Source of the DNA: an uncultured Gemmatimonadales bacterium
GTDB taxonomy: Bacteria > Gemmatimonadota > Gemmatimonadetes > Longimicrobiales > RSA9
NCBI GenBank assembly: GCA_963798085.1
Contig: CAWCRS010000007.1
Span: 1,504,001-1,568,000, forward strand
Reading direction: 5' to 3'
DNA length: 64,000 nt
Shown: positions 36,728 to 46,041 of the stretch, piece by piece
How positions within the stretch are numbered: position 1 is the stretch's first letter
How the letters are laid out: every line of letters starts with the position of its first letter
Position numbers and translations under genes: made by a program
Notes under the pieces: model-generated
Databases searched by the model: none
The model's input: only the letters and a program-made list of their open reading frames with translations
What the model was told of the DNA's origin: nothing

Positions 36728-37199
36728 TGAGCGCCTGATCCACGGGCAGGTCGTGGTCGGCTGGGGAAACGAGCTGCGCCCGGATCGCATCATTGTAGTC
36801 GACGACGAACTCTTCGACTCCGCGTGGGAACAGGAGCTGTACTCGCTGGGCCTGCCCGAGAACATGACGGTTCGCTTCGACAACGTGGCGGGCGCCAAAC
36901 CGCACCTCGCCGAGTGGGAAAGCAATGCCTCGCGCACACTGCTCCTCACGCGCGACATTGATACCATGCGACGACTGGGTGAACACGGGGAACTGCGCGG
37001 CCGCGACATCAACATTGGCGGCCTGCATTACGCGCCCGGCCGTGACGCCGTGCTGCCTTACGTCTACCTGAGCGCGAGCGAGCGCGCGGCGCTCGAGGAT
37101 CTCCTGAAGAATGGCGCGCTCGTCAACGCCCGTGACCTGCCGGGCGCGCGCCGCGTACCCGCCGAACGACTGCTGCGCGCGGGACACGAGTCGCGATGA
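36702..37199 (+). CDS. PTS mannose/sorbose-family EIIB
   Basis: RIDERLIHGQV, INIGG, VYLS. Confidence 0.92.
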   Translation: MAILLFRIDERLIHGQVVVGWGNELRPDRIIVVDDELFDSAWEQELYSLGLPENMTVRFDNVAGAKPHLAEWESNASRTLLLTRDIDTMRRLGEHGELRGRDINIGGLHYAPGRDAVLPYVYLSASERAALEDLLKNGALVNARDLPGARRVPAERLLRAGHESR

Positions 37200-37858
37200 T
37201 CCTGCTCGCCGCCCTGCTGGCCGGGATCATTGCACTCGACGGCACCTCGTTTCCGCAGGCCATGATCTCGCGCCCGCTGGTGGCGGGTGCGCTCGCCGGC
37301 TGGGTGGTCGGCATGCCCGAGAACGGCGCGATCCTGGGCGCCATCCTGGAGGCGTTTCACCTTGCGATCCTGCCTATTGGCGCGGCGCGCTATCCGGAGT
37401 CAGGCACAGCGGCGGCAGCCGCCATCTTCGCATGGGCCTGGGCCAGCACGACCGATTCCGGCGCCGCCTTGCTCCTCGCCCTCGCCTTCGCACTGGGCTG
37501 GGAGCGACTCACAGGCGGATCCGTCACCCTGCAGCGTCGCGTGAACGAAGCCATCGTCTCCGTGGGTGGCGGGCCGCGTACACCCGGGACCCTGCAGGCG
37601 AGGCACCTGCTCGCCATGCTCGCCGATTTCTGCCGGGGCGTGCTGGTCACACTGGGCGGCGCTCTCGTGGGCATGCTGTGGCTCACCGCACTCGACCGGC
37701 TGTGGACACACGGACCCGATGTGGCGCAGGGCGTCGCTGTGGCAGCAGCGGCGGGGACAGCCGCCGCGCTGCTGCGTGTGTTCGGCGGGTGGACCGCGCG
37801 CTGGAAGCTGTTCGCGGCCGGCGTGGGCACGGGCCTGCTCGTGCTGCTGGTGCGCTGA
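37196..37858 (+). CDS. PTS mannose-family EIIC
   Basis: LDG..QAMISRPLV, GAILE, PIGAA; hydrophobic. Confidence 0.85.
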   Translation: MILLAALLAGIIALDGTSFPQAMISRPLVAGALAGWVVGMPENGAILGAILEAFHLAILPIGAARYPESGTAAAAAIFAWAWASTTDSGAALLLALAFALGWERLTGGSVTLQRRVNEAIVSVGGGPRTPGTLQARHLLAMLADFCRGVLVTLGGALVGMLWLTALDRLWTHGPDVAQGVAVAAAAGTAAALLRVFGGWTARWKLFAAGVGTGLLVLLVR

Positions 37859-38598
37859 TGCTGCGCCAGTCGGTCCGGCTCGCCATGTTCCTGAGGTCGT
37901 TCGCCATCCAGGGGTCGTGGAACTACCGTACCCTGATCGGCACGGGCTTCGGATTCGCGCTGCTGCCAGCGCTGCGTTCCATTCACGGCCGCCGGGGTCC
38001 CGAGGTGGACGCCGCTGTCGCTCGACATACCCAGCTGTTCAACAGCCACCCGTACCTCGCGGGCGTGGCCCTGGCCGCCGTGAGCCAGCTCGAGGCCGAC
38101 AGGGCTGATCCACACGTCGTCGAGCGGTTCAAGGGCGCCGTGCGCAGCTCGCTGGGCTCACTGGGTGATGGACTGGTGTGGGCCGGCTGGCGGCCGGCCT
38201 GCGCGCTGCTGGGCCTGTCAATCGTGTTCGCAGGCGCGCCCTGGTGGGTGGGGCCGGCCGTGTTCCTGGTCACGTACAACGCCGGACACCTTGCCCTGCG
38301 CGTCTGGGGTTTCCGCATTGGATTTGTTCACGGGCGCAACGTCGGAGAGGTGCTCAAACGCGCGCACCTGGCCAGCGTGCAACAGATTGTCACCCGCGCG
38401 GGCGCGTTCCTGCTGGGCATGGCCCTGCCGCTCATTCTGGTGCGGGGCGCCGGGCACGACATGGGCCGCCCCTGGATCGCGGTTGGTATCGCTGCGGCAA
38501 TCCTCGGCTTGCGCTTCGGCAATGTCGTGCGCACGCCCATTGTGGCCGGGATGGTGGTTGTGCTCATCGCCGGTCTGCTGCTGGGGACCGTGCTGTGA
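37858..38598 (+). CDS. PTS mannose-family EIID
   Basis: RSFAIQGSWNY, HTQLFNSHPY, LGSLGDGLVW, FLVTYN. Confidence 0.88.
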   Translation: MLRQSVRLAMFLRSFAIQGSWNYRTLIGTGFGFALLPALRSIHGRRGPEVDAAVARHTQLFNSHPYLAGVALAAVSQLEADRADPHVVERFKGAVRSSLGSLGDGLVWAGWRPACALLGLSIVFAGAPWWVGPAVFLVTYNAGHLALRVWGFRIGFVHGRNVGEVLKRAHLASVQQIVTRAGAFLLGMALPLILVRGAGHDMGRPWIAVGIAAAILGLRFGNVVRTPIVAGMVVVLIAGLLLGTVL

Positions 38599-38882
38599 CC
38601 ACAGTGCAGCCAGCCGAAGTGCGCCGTACCGTGCGCGTACCGAATCGCTACGGGCTGCATGCGCGGCCCGCGGCCGAATTCGTGAAGATCGCGACCCGCT
38701 TCCATAGCGAGGTATACGTCGGGAAGGAAGATCTGGAGGTCAACGGCAAGAGCATTATGGGCATGATGATGCTGGCTGCGGAGTTCGGCAGCGAGATCGT
38801 CATCCGCGCGACCGGAGAGGACGCACAGGACGCAGTGTCCGCTCTGGTCGCATTGGTGGAACGCGGTTTCGGCGAGGATTGA
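38595..38882 (+). CDS. ptsH: Phosphocarrier protein HPr
   Basis: NRYGLHARPAA (His15), VNGKSIMG (Ser46). Confidence 0.95.
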   Translation: MTTVQPAEVRRTVRVPNRYGLHARPAAEFVKIATRFHSEVYVGKEDLEVNGKSIMGMMMLAAEFGSEIVIRATGEDAQDAVSALVALVERGFGED

Positions 38883-38883
38883 C

Positions 38884-40674
38884 GTGGGGATCATCCGCGA
38901 CGGGATGGCCGCATCACCGGGGATCGTTGTGGGCCCGGCGTACGTGCTGCGCTGGGACCTCCCACGCGTGCCGCACGCCAGCGTGATGGAGCCCGAGGTG
39001 GAAGCGGAGATCGAGCGCTTCGCCGAGGCTCGTCGCTGGGCCAGTGCGCGCATTGAGGACATACAGCGCCAGACCGCCGAACGGCTGGGTCCGATCGAGG
39101 CACGCATCTTCGAGCCGCAGCTGCTCATGCTCGAAGACTCCGACATGGTGAACCGCACGGTCGCATACATCCGCGAGAATCGTTTCGCCGCGGCGCGCGC
39201 GTTCGAGCTGTGCATGCTCGAGATCCAGGCGGAATGGACGCGCAGCGGCCACCCCATGATCATGGATCGCCTCAACGATCTCACGGATGTCGAACAGCGC
39301 GTGCTGCGCCATCTGCTGGGCATGGCCGATCCCGATTTCGCGCTGGCCGATACCGGCGATGGCGTGGTGCTCGTGGCCCGCGATCTGACACCCACCATCA
39401 CCGTGCAGCTCGACAAACAGCGCATTCTGGGCATCGCGACGGATGGCGGAACGCGCACGTCGCATTCCGCGATCCTGGCGCGCTCGCTCAACATCCCGTC
39501 CGTCGTGGGCCTGGGCGACTTCTCCACGCTCGTGCAGAGCGGGCAGGAAGTGGCGCTCGATGGCCGCTCCGGCCGCGTCGTGATGCTGCCCACCGAAGAA
39601 GAGAAGAAGCAGTACCGCGACTGGGATGTGCGGGTGCGTGAATGGGAGCATGAGCTGGGACGCCTGTCCCATGAGGAGGCGGTTACGCCGGATCACCAAC
39701 CGATCGTGCTGCGCGCGAACATCGATCTGCCCGGCGAGGCTGAGCACGCACGAACCCACGGTGCACGAGGCATTGGTCTGTTCCGCACTGAGTTCCTGGT
39801 CGTGGGGCGCAATACGCCGCCTGAAGAGGAAGAGCAGTACCAGAGCTATCGCCGCGTCGCCGAAGCGTTCCCGCACGATGCCGTGTACATCCGCACATTC
39901 GACCTGGGCGGCGACAAATTCCCGCACTTCCTGCACATGCCGCCGGAAGAGAATCCGTTTCTTGGCTGGCGCGCCATCCGCGTGTGCCTGGATGAGCCGG
40001 AACTGTTCCGCCCGCACCTGCGCGCACTGCTGCGCGCCACGGCGCACGGCAATGTGCGCATCATGCTGCCCATGATCAACGACATCGCGGAAATCGAGCA
40101 GACACGGCATCTGCTCGATGAAGAAGCCGAGAAGCTGAATCGCGAGGGTGTCGCGTTCAACTCCGGGTACAAGCTCGGCATCATGATCGAGACGCCGGCC
40201 GCCGCGATGACGGCGCACGAGCTGGCGCGCTACTCGGATTTCTTCTCGGTGGGCACCAACGATCTCGTGCAGTACACACTGGCCGTCGACCGGGGCAATG
40301 CGCGGCTTGCCCCGCGCAGCTCGCCGTTCCACCCGGCCGTGGTGCGCCTGCTGGAACGCACCGCCAATGCGGGGCGCGAGGCAGGCATCGAGGTGTGCAT
40401 TTGCGGTGAGATGGCAGGCAATCCGCTCGCCATCTTCCTCTTCATTGGACTCGGGATCAACGCGCTGAGTGTGGGCCCCGCAACTCTGGCGGAGGCCAAG
40501 AAGGTCATCCGCTCGGTACCGGCCGCCGCGGCGCGCGCGGCCATGCCCGGCGTGCTGGCGGCCGGCACAACCGGCGAGGTGGTGACACGACTGCGCGAGG
40601 GACTGCGTGAATGGCTCGACCTCTCGCTCTTTTCCGATCGCTGGAATCTGTCACCCGAGGGTCGTGCCAACTGA
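38884..40674 (+). CDS. ptsI: PEP-protein phosphotransferase (Enzyme I)
   Basis: GGTRTSHSAILAR, GIGLFRTEF, RTFDLGGDK, ENPFLGWRAIR, MIETP, SVGTNDLVQY, CGEMA. Confidence 0.96.
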   Translation: MGIIRDGMAASPGIVVGPAYVLRWDLPRVPHASVMEPEVEAEIERFAEARRWASARIEDIQRQTAERLGPIEARIFEPQLLMLEDSDMVNRTVAYIRENRFAAARAFELCMLEIQAEWTRSGHPMIMDRLNDLTDVEQRVLRHLLGMADPDFALADTGDGVVLVARDLTPTITVQLDKQRILGIATDGGTRTSHSAILARSLNIPSVVGLGDFSTLVQSGQEVALDGRSGRVVMLPTEEEKKQYRDWDVRVREWEHELGRLSHEEAVTPDHQPIVLRANIDLPGEAEHARTHGARGIGLFRTEFLVVGRNTPPEEEEQYQSYRRVAEAFPHDAVYIRTFDLGGDKFPHFLHMPPEENPFLGWRAIRVCLDEPELFRPHLRALLRATAHGNVRIMLPMINDIAEIEQTRHLLDEEAEKLNREGVAFNSGYKLGIMIETPAAAMTAHELARYSDFFSVGTNDLVQYTLAVDRGNARLAPRSSPFHPAVVRLLERTANAGREAGIEVCICGEMAGNPLAIFLFIGLGINALSVGPATLAEAKKVIRSVPAAAARAAMPGVLAAGTTGEVVTRLREGLREWLDLSLFSDRWNLSPEGRAN

Positions 40675-40855
40675 CCGCCGGCGCCTGACCCGCGCCGGAG
40701 TACCGCCGGGCGGGGACGCGGGTATACATGCCGGGTGCGTGTCGCTCGGCAACGCCTGACGCGGGGAGCCACACGTGTACCCGCCGGGACGGCCGCCGCG
40801 CAGAGGTGTCATCTCGTTTCGTGCGACTCTGGAACGTGAACCACGCCGAGGTCTG

Positions 40856-41407
40856 ATGTCCGAGAAGTCGATGGTGGAAGTAAAGGTTCAGAGCCTGGGA
40901 CTGGACCGGACATCGAACACACCCGTCGTGATTCTCCAGGAATCCGGTGGGCAGCGGGTCCTTCCCATCTGGATCGGTCCCGGCGAAGCCAGCGCCATCG
41001 CGATGGAACTCGCCGGGATGAAGTTCTCCCGGCCGCTGACGCACGATCTCTTCGCTTCCGTCATCATGGGCCTGGGCGGGACACTGCAGCGCGTCATGAT
41101 CACGAAGGTGGTGGACAACACGTATTATGCGGAACTGATCATTCGACGCGACGCCGAGCTGATCAGCGTGGATGCACGGCCTTCGGACTCGATCGCCATC
41201 GCCCTGCGCATGTCCGCCGCCATCTTCACCACGGATGATCTGCTCGAGCACACCTCCATCGAAGTCACCGAGCCGGGCGAGGAATCACCGGACATTCCGG
41301 GCACCACAGGCCAGTCACCCGAGTCATCGGCCGGACTCAGTCCCGAGCAGCTGCGCGAACACCTGCGTCGCCTGAACCCCGAAGACTTCGGCCGCTTCAA
41401 CCCGTGA
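40856..41407 (+). CDS. Bifunctional nuclease family protein (DUF151)
   Basis: PVVILQE, LPIWIG..EA.AI, RPLTHDL, DARPSDSIAIALR. Confidence 0.92.
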   Translation: MSEKSMVEVKVQSLGLDRTSNTPVVILQESGGQRVLPIWIGPGEASAIAMELAGMKFSRPLTHDLFASVIMGLGGTLQRVMITKVVDNTYYAELIIRRDAELISVDARPSDSIAIALRMSAAIFTTDDLLEHTSIEVTEPGEESPDIPGTTGQSPESSAGLSPEQLREHLRRLNPEDFGRFNP

Positions 41408-41408
41408 A

Positions 41409-42050
41409 ATGGCTTTGAAACCGCGCCTCGCTTTGCTGACAGCGCTGTTCGCATTCCTCTGGAGCGCGCACGCTGCCCTTGCCCAGACCGTCTCGCTCAA
41501 GGGCCGCGCCGTCGACACGCAGGGACGGCCGGTGGCGCAGCAGGAAGTCGTGCTGCACCGCGTTTCCGGTCGCGAGGGCGCACGCGTGGGCGCCGACACC
41601 ACGGATTCCAGGGGTGGCTTCACGATCTCCGCGAACGAAACCGTGGACACCGGCGCCGTGTATTTCGCGGCCGCACGCGCCGATGGCAAACTCTATGTTG
41701 GGCCTTTTGTGCACCTGCCCGTCGACGCCGCCAGCCCGTACACACTGGTGGTGGGCGGCACACCCGTTTCCTTCGACACACCGCTGCCTGACGCGGGCAC
41801 TGGCGCTGCCGGTGCAACCGCCGCAACCGCGAGTGCGCCCGCCAGCAGCCCCGCACCGCTCATTGCCGCGCTGCTCACCATTGCGGCCGTGATCGCGCTC
41901 CTGCGGCTGGCTCGCTCGGGGCGCCCGCCCGCGCGGCGCCGCGACCTCATCCGCCTCGCAGTGCTCGATGAGGAAGCGGCCGAAGCGGCACTCAGCAGCG
42001 AACAGCGGCGGGAACGCGATCGCATCACCGAGCGATTGCTTTCCGACTGA
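41409..42050 (+). CDS. Hypothetical exported, membrane-anchored protein (carboxypeptidase-regulatory-like Ig domain)
   Basis: Signal peptide, LKGRAVD..G.PVA..V.L, TTDSRGGF, C-terminal TM helix. Confidence 0.6.
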   Translation: MALKPRLALLTALFAFLWSAHAALAQTVSLKGRAVDTQGRPVAQQEVVLHRVSGREGARVGADTTDSRGGFTISANETVDTGAVYFAAARADGKLYVGPFVHLPVDAASPYTLVVGGTPVSFDTPLPDAGTGAAGATAATASAPASSPAPLIAALLTIAAVIALLRLARSGRPPARRRDLIRLAVLDEEAAEAALSSEQRRERDRITERLLSD

Positions 42051-42061
42051 TCGGGGCTGCC

Positions 42062-42814
42062 ATGCCCGTTGTCACCGAGTCGGTCATCCTGCAGACGTTC
42101 GCCTACGGCGAGACCAGCCGCATCCTCAAGCTGCTCACCGCAACGCACGGCTTGCAGTCCGCGATCGCCAAAGGCGCGCGCCGGCCGCGCAGCCGCTACG
42201 GCGGCATTCTGGAGCCGTTCAGTGAGGGCGTGGCTACGCTCTACATACGCGAAACGCGCGACCTGCAGACGCTCTCCGACTTCGAGCTGACACACAGCGG
42301 CCAGTCGCTGGGTGCCGACCTGCTGCGCTTCGGCGGCGCTTCCCTCATTGCCGAAATCGTGCTGCGCGCCGCCATGGAGGAGCCGCATGCCGGACTGTAT
42401 CAGCGCGTGCGCCAGGCGCTGCGCCGGCTGGAGTGCGAACCGCCTGTTAGCGTGGAAGTGGCCGTGCTGTCCGAAGTGTGGCAGCTTGTTGCCTGCCTGG
42501 GCTTCGAGCCAGGCCTGACTTCGTGCCTGGATTGCGACCGCGTGCTGGACGACGATGCGCCCGTCACCTTCGACTACGCCGCCGGTGGCGTGCGCTGCAG
42601 CGACTGCGCCGCGGGCGCGCCCGGGAAGCCCATCCCCGCGCAGGCGCGCAGCGCGCTGCTCGCCATGCTGGGCGGTCAGCCCGTCGTTGCAGCACGCACC
42701 GAGGGTCACTGGTGGCTGCTCACACGCTACCTCGATCACCACGTGCTCGAGGGCAGCACACTGCACTCGCTCTCCTTCCTGGCCAGTGCCCGCGGCCAAC
42801 CATGCGACAACTGA
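42062..42814 (+). CDS. recO: DNA repair protein RecO
   Basis: YGETSRI..LLT..G...IAKGARR, LEPF, CLDC...CSDC zinc finger. Confidence 0.92.
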   Translation: MPVVTESVILQTFAYGETSRILKLLTATHGLQSAIAKGARRPRSRYGGILEPFSEGVATLYIRETRDLQTLSDFELTHSGQSLGADLLRFGGASLIAEIVLRAAMEEPHAGLYQRVRQALRRLECEPPVSVEVAVLSEVWQLVACLGFEPGLTSCLDCDRVLDDDAPVTFDYAAGGVRCSDCAAGAPGKPIPAQARSALLAMLGGQPVVAARTEGHWWLLTRYLDHHVLEGSTLHSLSFLASARGQPCDN

Positions 42815-44682
42815 TCCTGGGCACTGCCGGACACATCGATCACGGCAAGACCGCACTCGTGCAGGCGCTCACCGGCATTGACACCGACCGGCTGCCGGAA
42901 GAGAAGCGTCGCGGCATCACCATCGACCTGGGCTTCGCCAACCTGCGCATCGAGGACCGCTGCGAGATCGGCATCGTCGACGTGCCCGGCCACGAAGGCT
43001 TCATCCGCAACATGCTGGCAGGCGCCACCGGGATTGACCTCGCCCTGCTCGTGGTGGCAGCCAATGAGGGCGTCATGCCGCAGACACGCGAACACCTCGC
43101 CATCCTCGAGCTGCTCGGCGTGCGCACGATGATCGTTGCCCTGACCAAGTGCGACCTCGTCGATGCGGAGTGGCTCGAGCTGGCGCGCGATGATGTGCGC
43201 ACGCTGCTGGCAGACACACCATTCGCGACGAGTGCCATCATCGCTGTGTCCGCTCGTACTCGCGCAGGACTCGACGAGCTGCTGCAGCACCTGGATCGGG
43301 CGGCGACGACGCTTGCCGGGCGCAGCGACGCGGATCTCTTCCGCCTGCCCATTGACCGGGTCTTTACTGTGCGTGGCACGGGCACAGTGGTCACGGGCAC
43401 CGTATGGAGCGGCGCAGCCGAGCGGGACCGTGTGCTGCGCATCCTGCCGGGCAATGCAACAGCCCGCGTGCGCGGCATCCAGGCTCACGGCGAGGAGCGA
43501 ACGCGGGCGACCGCAGGACAGCGCGCCGCGCTGGCACTGGCGGGACTCAACCGCGCGGACCTGAAACGCGGCGATGCGCTTGTGGAAGGCAATGGCTGGG
43601 AGGCGGCTTCCATTCTGACGGTGAGCCTTCGTGGGCTCGCCGGCGCACTGCCGCTGCGGACGGGTCAACGCGTGCGCTTCCATCTTGGAACAGCCGAGGT
43701 AATGGGTCGGTTCGTGCCCTTTGAACCGGGCAAACTGGAGCCGGGGCAGGAGGCTCTCGCGCAGCTGCGACTCGAAGAACCAGTGGTGGCCCGCGCCGGC
43801 GATCACTTCGTGCTGCGTTCCTGGTCGCCCGTCACCACGATTGCCGGCGGGCGCGTTCTCGAGCCGGCCGCGCGGAAGCGCAAACGGCCGGATGCGGAAG
43901 TGCGCAACCGCCTGGCGTCAATCCTCGGCAAAGGCCGCAGCCAGTCGGTTGAAGCGGCCGTGTGGCTGGCCGGCAGCAGCGGCACTCCCGTCGATCGTCT
44001 GCCCGTGATCACGCCGTGGTCCGCAGCGGACCTGGCGCTGCTCGACGAGGCCGGAGACGGGCGAGTGCGTCGAGCCGGAAACGTCGTGTGGCATGAGGAC
44101 GTCATCGCGGAGGCGCGCGAACGGCTGATCCTTCGACTCACGGAGCACCACAGCAGGCAGCCGCTGAGCCCTGGATTGCCTCGCGAGGAGCTGCGTCAGG
44201 CGATCCATGCCGCCGCGCCGGCCTTCGCCGATTTCGTGATCGCGAGCCTGCTCGGCGAGGGGCGTCTCGAAAGCGATGGCTCGACACTCCGATTGGCCGG
44301 ATTTGCTGCCGTCCTCTCGGACGCGCAGGAGGACGCGGCCCGCAGGATTGTCGACTTCGTGGACGCCGCCGGCTTTTCGGCGCCGAGCGCCGTCGATCTG
44401 CCCGCCGTGCTGTCTGGCCGCGCTGACCTCGAAGACCTGCTGCACTACCTGCAGCGCCTGGGCCGCCTGACGGCCTTGCCCGACCGGCGTTTCCTGACAC
44501 CGCACAGGCTGCTCGAAGCCGCAGCTCTGGCGCGCCGCGAGTTGGCCCGTCGGGACGGGCTGAGTCCAGCGGATTTTCGGGACCTCTACGGTATTTCGCG
44601 GAAGTACCTGATCCCGCTGCTCGAGCACTTCGACCGCACAGGGGTGACCGCGCGCTCCGGGGAGCAGCGTCGCCTAACGTGA
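42802..44682 (+). CDS. selB: Selenocysteine-specific elongation factor
   Basis: GTAGHIDHGKT, DRLPEEKRRGITIDLG, DVPGHE, PQTREH, PIDRVF, C-terminal SRKYLIPLLEHFD SECIS-binding winged helix. Confidence 0.96.
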   Translation: MRQLILGTAGHIDHGKTALVQALTGIDTDRLPEEKRRGITIDLGFANLRIEDRCEIGIVDVPGHEGFIRNMLAGATGIDLALLVVAANEGVMPQTREHLAILELLGVRTMIVALTKCDLVDAEWLELARDDVRTLLADTPFATSAIIAVSARTRAGLDELLQHLDRAATTLAGRSDADLFRLPIDRVFTVRGTGTVVTGTVWSGAAERDRVLRILPGNATARVRGIQAHGEERTRATAGQRAALALAGLNRADLKRGDALVEGNGWEAASILTVSLRGLAGALPLRTGQRVRFHLGTAEVMGRFVPFEPGKLEPGQEALAQLRLEEPVVARAGDHFVLRSWSPVTTIAGGRVLEPAARKRKRPDAEVRNRLASILGKGRSQSVEAAVWLAGSSGTPVDRLPVITPWSAADLALLDEAGDGRVRRAGNVVWHEDVIAEARERLILRLTEHHSRQPLSPGLPREELRQAIHAAAPAFADFVIASLLGEGRLESDGSTLRLAGFAAVLSDAQEDAARRIVDFVDAAGFSAPSAVDLPAVLSGRADLEDLLHYLQRLGRLTALPDRRFLTPHRLLEAAALARRELARRDGLSPADFRDLYGISRKYLIPLLEHFDRTGVTARSGEQRRLT

Positions 44683-44805
44683 AGCGGGACACAGGCCGAT
44701 GCTGAGAATGCGGGCCACGAACGCCTGCGCCCGACCGGACGCAGGAGCCGACAGGCACGCGCGGGACCTGAATCAAATGCGACTAGCTGCTTCAGGCACA
44801 TACTC

Positions 44806-44834
44806 TTGACTCGATTTGTCTGAAGCGATATCAT
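44806..44834 (+). promoter_or_regulatory. sigma70-type promoter
   Basis: TTGACT-17 nt-TATCAT in an AT-richer intergenic region. Confidence 0.7.
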
Positions 44835-44934
44835 GGGCGTACCGGAGGTATGTCGGGCTGTCCAAGAGGTCCTAAACAACGGAGGGTTATCGCGAACTTT
44901 GCTACAGCACAGCTGATTCTGTGCGGAGGTGACC

Positions 44935-45372
44935 ATGAGACGCTGGATAGGCGTCGGTGTCATCCTCCTTCTCGGTTTCGGAGTCTTCACGTCGCGCGGG
45001 GAAGCGCAAGGAAACTCCGGTGGCCGAGGTGGTTCTCGGCTGGAGCAGAATTACCCGAACCCGTTCAATCCTGAAACCTGGACACCGTTCACACTGGTTG
45101 CCGAGGATTTTCGGGATGGGAAACCGGTTCTCGTCACGATCAGGATCTACAACGTGCTGCGGCAGCTCGTAGCCATCCCCACGGCTTTGAATTATCCCGG
45201 GGGGAACAACGCCGCGATCGAGAACCTGCAGTATCCAGCACCTGGCCGATACATCGCATACTGGGATGGCCGGGACAAGAACGGGCGGTCCATTGCATCA
45301 GGACTGTACATTGCCCAGCTGGAAATCAATGGAAGGAGAGTCGGTACACTGAAGATGACAGTAGCCAAGTAG
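44935..45372 (+). CDS. Small secreted protein made of a single T9SS type-A-CTD/FlgD-Ig-like domain
   Basis: GGAGGT RBS; signal peptide; LEQNYPNPFNPET, IRIYNVL, WDGRDKNGR.IASGLY, KMTVAK. Confidence 0.8.
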   Translation: MRRWIGVGVILLLGFGVFTSRGEAQGNSGGRGGSRLEQNYPNPFNPETWTPFTLVAEDFRDGKPVLVTIRIYNVLRQLVAIPTALNYPGGNNAAIENLQYPAPGRYIAYWDGRDKNGRSIASGLYIAQLEINGRRVGTLKMTVAK

Positions 45373-45384
45373 GAAAGAGTTAGG

Positions 45385-45422
45385 AAGCGCCGGGTTCCAG
45401 GGAGGGACCCGGCGCTTTTTTT
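45385..45422 (+). terminator. Rho-independent terminator (possibly bidirectional)
   Basis: AAGCGCCGGGTTCC-loop-GGGACCCGGCGCTT then TTTTT, between convergent genes. Confidence 0.88.
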
Positions 45423-45459
45423 CATCCCCGTGAATCCCCGCGCGTCGAGCGATCGCGAG

Positions 45460-45912
45460 TCATGTCGCCCTGGATTCGACCAGTGCGAGGAATTCGTCTG
45501 CCGTCTGCACGGCCTGCAGCTCCGACGCAATGTCCGCGACCTTGGCGAACTGCGCCAGCTTGCCGAGCACCGGAAGGTACTGGTTTCCCACCTCCAGCGG
45601 CGGCGCCACGATAAGGAAGAAGTGGAAGACCGGCTGATTGTCGATCGCGTTGAAATCGATGCCCTCGCGCTTGCGGCCGTAGGCAACGCGCAGCTGGTTC
45701 ACCACCAGCGAGCGGCAGTGGGGAATGGCTACGCCTCTGCCGATGCCCGTCGAGCCGAGATTCTCTCGCCGCTTGAGCATCTTGAAGAGGATGCCCTCGC
45801 TCTTCTCGTCGAGACGCAACAGACTGATGAGCTCACGGAGCACGTCATCCTTGTTTGTCCCGTTCAACTCCAGTTGCACGGCATCGCGATCAAAGAAGTC
45901 GCGTAGACGCAT
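45460..45912 (-). CDS. PTS EIIA, Ntr/fructose type (PtsN-like)
   Basis: KRRENLGSTGIGRGVAIPH, GIDFNAIDNQPV, FLIVAPP; GGAGG RBS. Confidence 0.9.
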   Translation of the reverse strand: MRLRDFFDRDAVQLELNGTNKDDVLRELISLLRLDEKSEGILFKMLKRRENLGSTGIGRGVAIPHCRSLVVNQLRVAYGRKREGIDFNAIDNQPVFHFFLIVAPPLEVGNQYLPVLGKLAQFAKVADIASELQAVQTADEFLALVESRAT

Positions 45913-45961
45913 CTTGTTTCCTCCCACGCACACCCGACCTCGCATGTATACGAGGCGGCGC

Positions 45962-45990
45962 AAGATAAGAGTGGTCTTCGACAGTGTCAA
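45962..45990 (-). promoter_or_regulatory. sigma70 promoter of the PtsN-like gene
   Basis: Minus strand TTGACA (45990-45985)-17 nt-TATCTT (45967-45962). Confidence 0.7.
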
Positions 45991-46041
45991 AGTGTCCCGT
46001 ACGCGATTGATCGACTGGAGCCTCGCGGTTAGCTTCGGCGC

